DNA of 64,000 nt from Chrysomallon squamiferum (lineage: Eukaryota > Animalia > Mollusca): contig CM022676.1 in NCBI GenBank assembly GCA_012295275.1, positions 5,394,001 to 5,458,000 of the forward strand. The letters run 5' to 3'. The notes beneath the pieces were generated by a model. The model did not search any database. It saw nothing but the letters and a program-made list of their open reading frames with translations, and was not told the DNA's origin. A program made the position numbers and the translations under genes. Positions 12,874 through 26,739 of this stretch are shown here, piece after piece; position 1 is the stretch's first letter, and each line of letters starts with the position of its first letter.

Positions 12874-13031
12874 CTTTCTGGGACTGCGTGGTTCGTCCTT
12901 GTCTTTGATAGCGCTCAGCGACTGGGAACGGCGTTTGGTGGGTGACCTTGGCACAGTCTTCTTTGGCGGTGACGTCGTCGCCATTTCAAAAACATCGTCA
13001 TCGTCATCCTCATCAATGTCAACCTTAAAAG
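12874..13031 (-). CDS. cic: cic exon with the DDDVF motif and RSK/14-3-3 site (KRRSQSLSA)
   Basis: Acceptor tttcag|, donor |gtaaga, 158 nt, phase 1-0. Confidence 0.95.
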
Positions 13032-13650
13032 CTGAAATGAGAAACAAAAATTAAGAATTCCAACCATCTTTGTATTGCTGTTGTATAACTAACAAATGTA
13101 TGGCATACATGGTGTGCACATCAGAAAGGTAACACACCACACAGGCCATACACACCACATAAGACACAGTTTATACCATGGAAGACACATGTCACATAAG
13201 ACACAGTTTATACCATAGAAAACACACAAGGCACATGCATATCATATAGAACATACATATTACATATGCCACCAATTCAACATCCATAATACACTGCATT
13301 ACAGTAACTTAATAATAATAATGATGATGATGATGATGATGATTATGATGATAATAATAATAATCATGATGATGATAATAATAATAGAATAATAATATAA
13401 TAAAAATGATAATGATGATGATAACGATGATGATAATGATAATAGTTATAATGATAATAATAAAAATAATGATAACAATAATAATAATAATGATAATAAT
13501 GATAATATTAATAATAATAATAACATATAATAACAATAACAATTAGAAATTACATGATTAAGCAACAGTGTGTGGAGCTTTGTCGCTGCGTATTGAAGTT
13601 TACAACAACAACTACAACAACATATAATAACAATAACAATTAGAAATTAC

Positions 13651-13833
13651 ATGATTCAGCAACACTGTGTGGTGCTTTGTCGCTGCGTATCGAACTTTCC
13701 GGTTTTGGCTCTGGCTGAACCTGCGACTGTCCCTGCTCATCTGGCACTGCAGGAGGTTTAGGTACGCCTGTACTGGTCAGAAACGGGACAAGAGAGTGCC
13801 ACGGATACACGCGAATCTCGTTTGTGCTCGATT
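13651..13833 (-). CDS. cic: cic exon with the ATXN1/ATXN1L-binding motif (VYPWHSLVPFL); missed by the ORF track
   Basis: Acceptor tttcag|, donor |gtaatt, 183 nt, phase 1-1; hand translation ESSTNEIRVYPWHSLVPFLTSTG... Confidence 0.95.
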
Positions 13834-14686
13834 CTGAAACAAAGAAGAAAATCTTTAATAAGATCTTTATTATTATTATTTTTTTTTTATTATCGAGTTA
13901 TTTATATAGTTTAGTTATTTATCTGTATGATTACAGTATATATGTGTGTGTGTGTGTGTGTTTGTGTGAGTTTTTGTATCTTTATGTTTCCATATTACCG
14001 TGTGTGTATGTGTATATGTGTGTGTATCCTGTCTATATATCTATGGATTCATTTGTCTGTCTGTCTGTCTGCATTTATGATATCAAAATAAGAACAGAAA
14101 GGTTTTAATGTATCTATTTTGCATCCATTAATCCCCCACACACACACACACACACACACACAGTGAGTCAGTGAGAAAAGTATTTTATACAGTTATGCAC
14201 TGACAGGCATTTCAAAACGAGTGAAAAATAAATCAATTTAAAAAAAGTTTTTCTTTAATCATTCTTTGATGTGGCCACTACTGTAATCCTTTTTCCCCCT
14301 GTAATAACACTACCTGACAACAGTCACACTGACAATAAAAATTTATTTCAGCTAACGTTACTATAAATATACTACGATACTGATATGTGACATGCATCAC
14401 ACTCTCTCAACCATCTCTGTGAATTCATGCATAACATTTTTCTTTTTTTCCCCTGCTTTAATCACAGTTAATCCTGTAGGGAAAAATCTTGATGTTTACT
14501 TTTAACAGTCTAATCAATAGTCTTTTAAATTACTTTTCTTTCTCTCTCTCTCTCTGTACAATCTTTGTTTCATTCAATAATCAATAAATCATTCCAGAAC
14601 ACATTTCTTCTCTCTCTCCATAAACACACACTTTTCATTTCCAACTTTAGTACTGTATTTAGAACTTAGAGAAACTTGCAAACAGG

Positions 14687-14730
<44 letters not shown>

Positions 14731-15602
14731 CACAGACATCTATCTTCAGTAATATATTCAAAACCTAAAGCCAACTGAACTAACCAATACACATACCTTT
14801 CTATTTTTAGTAATATATTCAAAATACACACATTTCTATTTTTAGTAATATATTCCAAACTTATGGTCACACACACACACACACACATTATATCTTTAGT
14901 AACATATTCAGAATGTGCAGCCACTTTTACTAGCAATATAGACACATCATGCATCTGCATTCACAACACACACACAAACCTTTCTGGCTTTAAAACTTCT
15001 ACTCACTCTTACGAGCAACACAAACATACACGCACACTCACATTTCTATCTTGAGTAAAATATATAAAAACTACACACACATTTTATCTAAGTAATACAA
15101 AATATATAAAAACTTCACACACACACACACACACCCATTACCCGCCTTTTTTTCTATATTTAGTAATTTATTCAAAATTTACATTCCGACAGATACCTTT
15201 TTTTTTTACCTTTATTAATATATTCAAAACTGACATCCAGTGTCACTAGCCACCACAGAGACAGACACACACACACAGACACACAAACTATCTCCAATAT
15301 CGATGGGTTTCCCTCAATGTGCTGCTGCTGCTGCTGCTGCTGCTGGGTGTTGCACCCAAACAACACCGCCAACGACACAGTATAAATTCTCCGACACTAT
15401 CTATTTTTATGTCCGAGTTAATGTTTACTAAGTGTACAGAACAAACAACGTATTGTGAGGCACGTCTGGGTAGGAAATGCCTGACCTAACAAAGAATTTC
15501 CTTTGATGGCTTGGTCTTCGTGTTTCTGTATGTATTTATAATTATCTATAGGTGTGTGTGTGTGTGTGTGTGTGTGTTTGCATGCATATATATATGTATT
15601 TT

Positions 15603-15633
<31 letters not shown>

Positions 15634-16640
15634 TTGTACGTGTGTACGTGTGTGCATGCCATTGTGTGTATGACTAGGTAAAGGTTGACCTAACAAAACA
15701 TTTGTCTTATTAACTCAATAATCATGTTTCTTTATGAATGTGTGTGTGGCAAAAATCTGAACTGAAAAGAAATACTTCCTTTGTTTGCTTAGTAATTGAG
15801 TTTCTATTGGAGTATTCATGTGTATCACCATATGGGGTAATATATATACAGTGTCCATGTATGTGTGTATGTGCAAGTGTATGTTTGTAACAGTATGTGT
15901 CAGTATGTTTCATGTGAATGTATTTAAAATAGTTTTAAAATATATACCCCGTTTTTTAGTTATTTTTTTCAATAATATTACAAGCAAACTACATCCCAAA
16001 TTATAATACACAAAAAAAAAAATTAAAAAAAAACATTTACCCATTATTAAAAATATAATTTTTTTTTAATAAATTCATCTCATGAAAAAGACAATATTTT
16101 TCAATCTAACGGACTCTTTGTGATTCTAATGAATCAAATAATTTAAGAAAATCGAAGTCACTCATCATCATTATCAAAAGGTCAGCCAATTTCTGCTGCA
16201 AGGGGAAAAAAAAAAAAAAAAAATCTAAAAATATTTTTGAATCTTCACCACCATGTCCATTGTCTGAAATGACTGCAGGTCATTCATGATATGCTGCTGT
16301 CTAGGAATGTTTAAAACGAGTCCAAACGAAATATCATCGTTACTGAATGACCGAAATTAATGGCCACCCTCAATAATTGATCCAGTGGAGTTGTGCACGT
16401 TAAATGTCAAAGCATTTTTAATACAGCCCACGTTTTTGTGACTAAGTTGGAGACACTTTAATTAGCAATATCCATTAGTATGTTTGGGGGAAGGAATGTC
16501 TTGAGATGGAGATAGTGAGAAAGAAAAGAAAAAAAAAAAAAAAAAGAGAGAAAGAAAAAGGAGGAGAGAAATGGAGAAGAGAAAGAAGAGAGGAAAAATG
16601 AAAAGAAAAAGATGAAAGAAACAGAAAGAATAAAGATGCT

Positions 16641-16716
<76 letters not shown>

Positions 16717-16974
16717 AAATGAGAGAGAAACAGAGAGAGAAAAAACAGTATTTCAATCTTAAAAGAAATAAAAAAATTTAGATGACATTTTAGTTTCAAT
16801 GTAAAATTGCAATTAAAATGTCATGTTTTAATATTTTCTGATGTGCAGGTGCATTTTAGTTGTTGCCCTTAAGAAATTCTACATCACAGCAGTGTATTTG
16901 TAATGTCAAAGTTTGTCCAATACTGCCCACATTTTACAGTCTAACACAGAACTCATAACAGTGCTTTTCATTAA

Positions 16975-17007
<33 letters not shown>

Positions 17008-17981
17008 GAAAGAGAGAAAAGGCACGAAAGAAAACTAAACGATATATAATCAAGAAAAGAAAAAGAAAGAAAGAAAGAGAAAAATTACAAAACTGGAGAT
17101 AGAGAGAAAAACAATCAGAGAGAAACAGAAAATTAAAGAGATATATAGACAGAAAGGTGGGTGGGTGCATCTACAGGTATGTAAATAAATATATAACTGA
17201 AACATAGATAATGAGATAGAAAAAAAAAAAATATATATATAAAAATAGTAATAAAAATAATAATAAATAAATTCATTAAAATTAAAATTAAAAAAGAAGG
17301 AGAAAAAGAGCAAGAAAGATGATAGAATGAAGAAAAGATAACAGTGGGGAAACAAATGAAATTTCTTTGTTAACTCAAAATATTTCAGATATCAAAATTC
17401 AATTTCAATATTCATATATACATTATTTCATTTCAGATGCAAATTCATGAAGCTTTTATTTTATTTTTTTTCAGTATTTATAATTAAGGAGTAATATTCT
17501 TGATAAGAGATATAACTAAATGAGACTATTTTGATTAATATATTCAGCTGTGTATTCAATTAACATTTTGTAAAATTAACATGTTTCTCTTAAAATACAT
17601 ACAGCAAGGCTAGAAAAAAATGTTAGAAAAAAATTGGAAAACCTCTGATCTAGATAAATATTGTAACAAATTCTGTTAAAATATATGTGCTGTTAACAAC
17701 ATTAACTTTTCATATAGTTTTTTAATTAAAACCCACACTGAAATACATTTTTTTCTCTTTTTTTTCCAGATCTTACAAAAATTATTAAAGAAAATATTTG
17801 CAACTGCTTTATTAATATACTAAATCTACTGAACACATTTCAGTTTTTAAAAACATACTATTAACGTTTTCTACAATATAAAAAAGTAAAAAATAAATTT
17901 GTCATCGAAACATTTCAATTAATATTTTCACAAAGTCAAAGAAAGTGAAATAAAAAGTTTTGTGACAAAGTTTTAAAAATA

Positions 17982-18028
<47 letters not shown>

Positions 18029-18699
18029 CTATCTCATTGAAAGATGCACAAAATATAAATTAGTTAATTATATATTACTACTATTCTTTTTTTTTCCCAA
18101 CAATATTTTTTATCTTTGTTAAATTAAAAAAAAATTAGTCACTCTGAAGGTAAAGGATACACAAACACTGGTCATTTAAAAAATGCACTAGTGGCAATAA
18201 CAAATTTCAAACATAATGTTAAAAAAATAAACAATAAAAGAATCTGGGACAGACATCCAGGTAAACAATCTACCTGAAATCCTGTCTGAACTAATGATAT
18301 TCAATACTTAGTCATTTTTTTAACCAATCGTTTGGCTACCAAATGATATAATGATATGAGCTGATACATAAAACACTGTATTATCAAAGCCAGTAATGTT
18401 GGAGTATTGATTTCCCCGTCATGAAATAACACAATTCTTTAAGCTCACAGACTAAGCTTTTCCCCTTGAACATTATCTGCTTAGATGTCTAACAGAGAAT
18501 TTACAGCTATTAAGATATTAGTGAAAAGAAAAAGAAGCTAAAACAAACATAAAACACAAAAAAATATAAATAAATAAATAATAAAAATGGAAAAAAACAA
18601 ACAAAAATGGATAAAAAGAAATAGAAAATTTTATTTGCTACGTCTATATTGTAACATTTGGTTCAGTTATATATTGTTAGTTACATGGTTTATTATTTT

Positions 18700-19250
18700 A
18701 ACAGTTTCATAGTAAAACATTCCGTTACTTTTTCCCTTAAACTGCAAGACGTTAAGAGCCGCGAGAAATGTAGGTCAGACCAAGTGCATAATGTACCGTT
18801 ACCAACGTCGTCATTTCATTCAAGGCAGTTATTGACATTAGTAAATTTCAGAAGTTATTTATAAATAAGAACACTGTGTTAGGTATTATAGTAGCAGTTG
18901 AAACTCTCATTTCCAGATCGTTTGAACGTCTGCCAGCTGCAAGAACATTGTTTACTTGTAAACAAAATTAGCAACATACGCGTGTAAACACCAACAATGA
19001 CATACTTTCAGAAAGCTCTAGTACGGGTCACCGACCAATCAGAGCTGGTGAACTAGAAAGCCTTGGAAAATGTTTCAGCAGAACTCTGGGTCTCTAGCCA
19101 ATGACGTTCATGCAATCACCAGCATGGGCTAATCAGCTGGCAGCCAGGGCCCCGACTGTGGATAATGAATGTGCAATACTGTTGGTCCCTGAATATGAAT
19201 TACTAATGGATCATGCAGAGGCTGGCTGATGTACAAACTACAATTTGACT
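18700..19250. promoter_or_regulatory. intronic regulatory island (candidate CIC-S promoter or enhancer)
   Basis: Three forkhead motifs (TGTTTAC at 18949, GTAAACA at 18958 and 18984), Sox-like AACAATG, CCAAT boxes at about 19033 and 19096; non-repetitive island. Confidence 0.35.
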
Positions 19251-19600
19251 GAGTGCTAGTATTTAGGCCAAACCAAAACGGATACAACCTCAAATGTTAT
19301 GCATCTATTTATATTGTTTAAGCTATTCACAGTTATTTCAATATATATATATATATATATATTTTTTTTTCCCCCTGCTATCCTAACAAATAAGATTTAC
19401 TCCTTTTATTTCACAGGCCTAGATTTATTTTACCAAATGTTACAAATCTGTCTTATTCCCCAATCCCAGTATAGTAAACTAGCTCTGATCTCATCACTGG
19501 CAGCGTTTTCGTAATTTCCAGTTCCAACCAGTGTTTGTGTTCTGCATCAAACTCATTTGTAACTTCATCTATACCCACAGTAACTGTAACAGAATCAGAA

Positions 19601-19642
<42 letters not shown>

Positions 19643-19795
19643 AGTCTCTCTACTAGTAGGCCATGGGGGTCCACTTTTTGCTAAGCAACAGAACAATGGT
19701 TTTTATAATAAGAATTATAGTATCTGAATATGTTAAATAAAGCTCATCCTGTACAGGTGAAATATAGTCTTTTTAATCAGTTCTTTTTCCAAAGT

Positions 19796-19854
<59 letters not shown>

Positions 19855-19910
19855 ATACTTTAGAAGATAAAATTCAAGTCAAAAACTTTAAAAATGTCTA
19901 CAAAACTCAC

Positions 19911-22790
19911 CTTCTTCTGATGTTTCTGCTGGAGTTGCCTCTTTTGGGTCGTTGCTGTGTTGCTGCTGTGTTGACAACGCTGATGGGTAGACTGCAGAAT
20001 GAGGTGACTGTTGTTGCTGATGTGTGCCACGATTTTCCTCCTGTATCACATTTTCTGACGAGTGTTCTGAACTGCTATTTAAAGACCTATACAACTGATC
20101 CTTTGAAACTGACTGCACTGAATTCTGGGTATTTTGACCGGGCTGCTGATTGGTCAGTTTCGTTTCCTGGGCAACCATTGCATTGAAATCCCTGTTTATA
20201 GTTTCTCGATGTGACTGAAGCTGCTGCTGAATGACCGATGTCGAATGTCTCTGCGGGTGTTCGGACAAGTCGATGTTCCTACGAACAGACAAGTCCATTT
20301 CCTGCGCTGGTTGCGAGTGGTGCCGCATGTTGATTGGCTCGGCAGACGTCACATGATGTCTGTCCAAAGCAGGTATAGCTGATCCAGCAAACAGGGTGGC
20401 ATAATTCCGTCTGTCTGCTTCGGGAAGTTTCATCTTTGCTGCCTGTCCATCGGCATTCTGCGGAACACAGACAAACGCTGTCGCCGATGGCTCCTGACCG
20501 ACATCAGCGCTCTGTACCACAGCAGCAAGCCGCTGCTGAATTTGCGGCGACAGCATTCCGACCGAACCGGCATTGGCGTAAGCTCCAGCGTGATTGAGAA
20601 CCTCGTTGTTCGTGGGCGTCTTGGGGGTCTGCAGGTCTATCCCAGAATCCTCGCTCCTACCCGAGTCTTGTTTCGCCAGCGCGATGGTGCGAGGCTTCGT
20701 AATCACTGCTCGGTCGAGGACTCGGCCTGCAAGGTGAGGCTGAAAGGCGGAGTGACCCCCAGGGGTGGAAGGAAACCGAGGGGTGATCGGAGAAACGTGT
20801 TCCGACGAAGAACTCCCTGATTTCGACGTGCCCGAACTGCTCCAGAGGCGTGAGGGGGTCTGAGGGTTGGTGTGCGGGGAAATGGGCGTGAACGACGTCG
20901 AGCCACTCCTGTAAATGCAGCTGGCGGTGGGCGAGTTGGGTCCACCACCGCGGTGAGGGGACAATGGCGTCTGTGGGGTGGGCGAAAACGCTGGCGTTGT
21001 CGATCGAGAGTTGCCTAGCGACACTAACATATTAGCTGCCTCTTTTTCGTCCATGTCAAAGTGGTTAGTGGGCACGTAGTTGATGCGGTCGATTTCGCCG
21101 TCTTGGAGACGGGTTTCCGACCACTGAATCTGTCCTTCTTTCAGCTCCCCTTTCCGACAGCCAGGAAACGTGGGAGCCTGGCGAATGTTCTTCCCTTTCT
21201 GCGACAAGTGGCGGGAACAGAACCCTCTCCTCTGGGACTCTTTCGTACAGTTGTCCTTTGAACACAGCCTTCGCCACTGCTTGCCATTGAACTTCTTGCG
21301 AATTCCGTTCGGCGTGGACACAACGTCGCCCTTTTTGTACTTCGTCGTCAAGGGCGACCGCGGAGTGCTCGAGCGACTGCTTTCTGTGGACTGTGCGCTT
21401 CGACTCCGCGCCGACTCGCGTTTCTTTGGCGGCTGCTTGTTACTTTTCTCACGACTTCCGTTCTGCGATTTCATTCCTGGCGTGGCGCTGCCTGACCTCG
21501 GTGTACTCATCCCCGACGAATCGAAACTGAGATTTTCCGCCGTCATTTCATCTTCCGAAGAGTCCAGCTTATCCGTGCTAGCCACGCTCGCGATACTTGA
21601 AGTTGGCCTCTCAATGCGGTATCCGCCAACACCAGGGAAGACGTCACTGTCAACACCACCATCCTCCAGATCTTCAAACCACGGTGGTTGCAGTAGTCGC
21701 ACACTGGCCCTGGACACCCAGAACACGTCGTTATCACTCTGAGGACTCGGTTTAACGTCCAGTTTGACTTTATACATCACAGGCTGCGTCCTTTTCTCCA
21801 GAACCCTGGCTTCGTAGAACACATTCTCGTCATGGGAGATTCGCACACAGACTCTCGTTCCCTCGTCGACCAGACTGCCTGGGGCGAGTTGTCGCAAATG
21901 ATGTCGATGAATGGGGCGTTGAGGATGTCGTTGTACCATACCGTGCTCTTGTCGTCGAAGAGGACGCCGATGTGGCGATTCTGTCGGATGTGTTTGACAA
22001 CGCCAGCGTGAAACGTCACCTCCCTCTTCGCCAGCACCCGCTGATTCTTCCATTCGCTGAGGTCAACTGTGATTCGCTTCACTGGAGGGGAATAAACCGG
22101 TTCCGGTTCAGGTTCGGCTTTGCGTTTCTTCGGCGGCTTGGCGATCGCTCTCACGCTCGAGGTTTCGGTCGGCGACTTCTCGATCCCGGAATCAGCGGGA
22201 GCTTCGATGGACTCGAGTATCGACTTGATGGCCGAATTCGACACGCTGGGGTTCATGGGGAAACTGGTGACCGTTACCGAGGTGACTGGAACGTCGGCCG
22301 CTGACCTCATTCCTGGCATTGTCACGGCCGGTGCGGGGTCCACTTCCCTGACACTCGACGAGGTCACGGGCGGGTCACAATAAGCCTTAGCAACCGTTTC
22401 GGCTTTCCTAACGACCCGACCCCCACTTTTGCCTTTCGCTCCCGAACTCGATGTCCCTTGTTTTGCTTCTGCTGCCCCCACTTCTGTCGCTTCCGTTTTG
22501 CCACTTTCTGCGTCGGACTTTGCCTTTTCTTTGGTAGCTGAGTCTTTTTCCTTTGCCATGTTTCTCTGACTCTGCCGTTTGCCGACACCAACGTCGTCAA
22601 CATTGCTTTTAGCTCTCCGGGGTTTCGGAGGCTGCTGCTGTTGAACTTGTGCCTTCCTCCGGGTTCTGCTGGTTTCGCCGGCGCGATTTTGCCGTCCCTC
22701 GCATGATGGTGGGGGAGGAACTGGTGGATCTACCCTTTCGGGACCGGCTCTCACTTCTTCGTGTCATTCTTGAAGCATTCTGTTTATTTA
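19911..22790 (-). CDS. cic: cic CIC-L-specific giant exon (Tudor-like region, [12 protein letters not shown]...CSRH motif); ATG at 22767; two frameshifts near 22620 and 21883
   Basis: Acceptor tttcag| at 22791-92, donor |gtgagt at 19909-10; ORFs 22609..23043, 21777..22754 and 19888..22053 tile the exon. Confidence 0.92.
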
Positions 22791-22795
22791 CTGAA

Positions 22796-23045
22796 ACATA
22801 ATATAATATAATATAATATAATAAATAGTATAGTATAGTATAGTATAGTATAGTATAGTATAGTATAGTATAGTATAGTATAGTATAGTATAGTATAGTA
22901 TAGTATAGTATAGTATCGTATCGTATCGTATCGTATAGCATAGTATAGAATAGTATATAGTATAGTATAGTATAGTTTAGCATAATATAATATAATATAA
23001 TATAATATAATATAATATAATATAATATAATACAACATAACATAA
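22796..23045. repeat. compound pentanucleotide microsatellite (ATATA)n/(TATAG)n
   Basis: Direct reading; abuts the giant-exon acceptor. Confidence 0.95.
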
Positions 23046-23325
23046 TGAAAATTATGCAATGTTATGTAACATAACATAATGTAAAGTAACAAAAAAAAAT
23101 AATATAAAAATAAAAAAGAGGTAAACATATCTATTATAAAAAAAAATGTATATATATATATATAAAATGCAATCTTTTCAAATCAAACTACAGTTATGTG
23201 GAATTTATTAATTTATTCACAAAATAATACATATTTAAATGAACCATGTCATTTTTTTTTAATTTTATTATCTTATATATAATTTTAAAAAAAATGTTAA
23301 TATACATATATGTCACAACAATAAC

Positions 23326-23392
<67 letters not shown>

Positions 23393-23774
23393 TCTTTAAC
23401 AATAACAAAAATAAATAAGAAATTAAATAATAACATAACAATATCTCATTCGGTATGCTATAACAACAAAAATAACCAAAACTAAATTAAATGTCAATAA
23501 CACCACATTATAAATAACACAGAAAAGAAAATAAAAAAAGAAAAAAAAAAAGAAAAGAAGATGCATATTTTAAGTAAAACAGAGAATATGTTACAATCTC
23601 GAAAACAAACAAACACCTCTAGGAAGTCAATACAGTTCACTAATGGAAGACATTGAATGGGTCAACTCAATGCAGTCAGAAACCCCAAAGTGAGGTAGAA
23701 CTGAAAGGTCTCGTGTCCCAAGAGTTAAAAAATCCTTTTAGTGTGATAGCTGTTTTTTCTTTTTTTTCTTTTAG

Positions 23775-24240
23775 CATTGTTGTCCCTGCAGTATATATAT
23801 ATATAAAAACTATGAAATATTAATAAACCTTTACACTGAAGATTATTCTGTTAAAATGATATATAGTAATATACTTCATGATTTTTACATCACAGTCATT
23901 TCCCCCCCACCCCTTTCCCCCAGGACTGTTGTCCCTGTGGTACATACAAAATAATGCAATATTAATATACCTTCATACTGTAGGTTATTCTGTTAAAGTG
24001 GTATATACTTCATAATATCAATACGGTTTTTACCACATGGTCATTTCCCCCCAGTTACAGGTCTGTTGTCACTGGTATATTACAAAAGTATGTAATACTA
24101 ATATACCTTCATACTGTACATTATTCTGTTGAAATGGTATACACTTCATAAAATCTATATGATTTTTACAACAAGGTCATTTCCCCTCCCCAATTACATG
24201 ATTGCTGTCACTGGTATATACGAAAGTATGTAATAATAAT
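23775..24240. repeat. ~130-bp degenerate tandem repeat, about 4 copies
   Basis: Recurrent ttgtc(c/a)ctg...ttattctgtt...gtcatttcccc. Confidence 0.7.
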
Positions 24241-25349
24241 ATAGTTTCCTACTATGTACTATTGTGGTATAAACTTCTTAGTATCAGCATTATTATTACT
24301 ACTACATGGTATTTGGTTGCTGTTGTTTGTTTTTCCTTCTTTTTCAATGCTGTACTATGTAAAATTAATACAGCTTCATACTGTATATTACTCTCTTAAT
24401 GTGGGATGTATTTTACATATCTTGGCATACAATTGGTACTTGCTGGGGGGTTTGTGGTTTTTGTGTCCCTCGCCCCCCCCCACCAGCACTATTGTTCCTG
24501 TTGTCACATACATACATACAAAACAACACAAATATTACACCACAGCCAAATACTGTACATTATGCTAATGTGTAATATATATATACTTCATAATATCAAC
24601 AGAGGTTAAGTATAAAATCATTTTCTAATACCTTTTCTAAGCAGTTTATTACAAATACAATCATGCAGGTATATCCTATATATATATTATTAACGAAGGT
24701 CATAAAGGTAACATACTAAATATTATTAACATGGTGATAAGGGTATTGTACTAAATATTATTGTCAGTAATTTCCAGAAGTAGACAAAACTGTACCCTTC
24801 AGGCAAAGTGGTATTTTCCAAGGGTGCAGTTTATGTTGGTTAATTTGCAGTCTCTCCACTTACCATGCATTGTAAATCAAAATGCTTTTGTCTTACAAAA
24901 AAACATTGTAAAGAAACAGGGAACAAGAGACAAAGAAAAGGATTCAAGGAAGAGATCACCCCGTTGATATCTGAGAAGCACAGATGTACAATACATGTAA
25001 CAGTATGATCAGACTGGTATATACTATCTACTATTATCAAACACGTACGATATGTAATATTGTTATATGGATTTACAAACACTCATGTTTTATATGTATA
25101 TATATAATGTTATTAATATGATTATATGGGTTTATACTTGGTCAGTGAGGTCAGATAGATACATACTGTATATTATTAATACTATCATATGTATTATTAA
25201 CATGATCTGATAGGTATAAACAATATATTCCTGAGGTCAGTTGAATATAAAAAACATGGGTCATGTGAATATATATATATATACTATTTATTATTAATAC
25301 AGTTATATACTCTGTGTTAATGTATTAATATGGTATCATATCGTATCTA

Positions 25350-25570
25350 TGTACTGCATGGGAAGAAACCATTTGCGTCATTTCATAGGCAACAGCAACA
25401 CATTTTTTCCATATATGCACCTTCCCATACTCAGGAAATCACACAACACAGCCTTTGACAAACTATACTGGTTATAATGGGAAATAATTCAAAGGGTACA
25501 CTAAGGAGAATTGAACTTGCAATCCGAACGGCCCAGAGGGAAATGCTCTAACCACAAAGCTGTGACCAGT
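25350..25570 (-). mobile_element. degenerate tRNA-derived SINE (Meta-domain-like)
   Basis: Minus strand has a tRNA-like head (gtggttagagcatt...gttcaattct) followed by tcaaaggctgtgttgtgtgatttcctgagtatgggaaggtgcatatat, resembling the molluscan SINE central domain as I recall it. Confidence 0.6.
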
Positions 25571-26131
25571 TTCCATAAATAAAGCTGACTATTTCCCAAA
25601 GCAGTTGGTAAACTACGTTTCAACTCTGTCACTCCATTAGTATTCCATCACAAAGATTTACACTCTTACACGAGTAATCAATAAAAATAATTATATGTGT
25701 CTACAGCCAGTCCATTTGACTGTATTAATATTATAACCATGTGACTATATACACAGACAAAATGAGTATGAGCAAACTATAATAAAACTGGAGAGAGAGA
25801 GAGAGAGTGTTAGTTAGTCCAACTCTCCAGCATTTAACAATAACTGCATTCTGTTCTGTCTATACTCATGGAATGAGAAAAATAAAGAAAATTCAACTAG
25901 TGAGAAGGTATTTTATTTACAAAGTTTACTACTATCCTGCTCTACTGAAACTGTTACTCACCACCTGCTCAGACTGATCAAAGGGAAAGTGACAGAGGGA
26001 CAAGAAATTTGTGTTAGAAGATGGCTTTAAAAAATTAATTTCTAAAGTTACTATTAAAATGAAAAAAGGATTCTTCACAGATCAAATCAAAATGGAGATA
26101 CATGAAAGAGTGACAATAAGATTTTTTTTTT

Positions 26132-26178
<47 letters not shown>

Positions 26179-26739
26179 CACACATACACACTGACTAACA
26201 GACAACTAGTACAATTAGTATTTTCCAGTATTATTCAAACCATGATTCACATCCTGTGTACATCTGCTGCGGAAATCAGGCAATACTTCCTATCAACAAA
26301 CACAAAAATTTCCATACAGTGGGCCGTATTTTGTCATTCAATTTATTTTTAAATATGGTGGACATTTTTATTCTATTTTTAACAATAATGTAACTTTTAC
26401 ATAAGTCCCAAATTTCCGTAACATCAGTTGTTTCTTATTTTTAAAATTATATTTCCATTCTATTATATCTACAACAATGATACAGATTTAATTTTTTAAT
26501 TACAGACTGAAGATCCTTTATCCTTGGGATTTGAAATTTTTGGGATTTTGCAGCCTAAGAAAATAGCTTTGATATATAATTAAAATTCATTTTCATTTGA
26601 TATATAGCTTGTATAGTATTTTGTATTTACAATACCTTTAATAAATTTGTGTATTAAATAAGGTTTATGAATGCTACATCTACTGGAAAACAATAATGTA
26701 TGTCTAGTCATCTTATTGGTTCAATGACATCAAAGTTAT

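Noticed and set aside
16245-16345. Possible CIC-S first coding exon (MNDLQSFQTMDMV)
   Set aside because: No donor in the phase (1) needed to join the 13833 exon, and the donors present are weak.
20542-22383. Antisense ORFs (e.g. 21170..21742) over the CIC-L exon
   Set aside because: Antisense shadows with no recognisable motifs.
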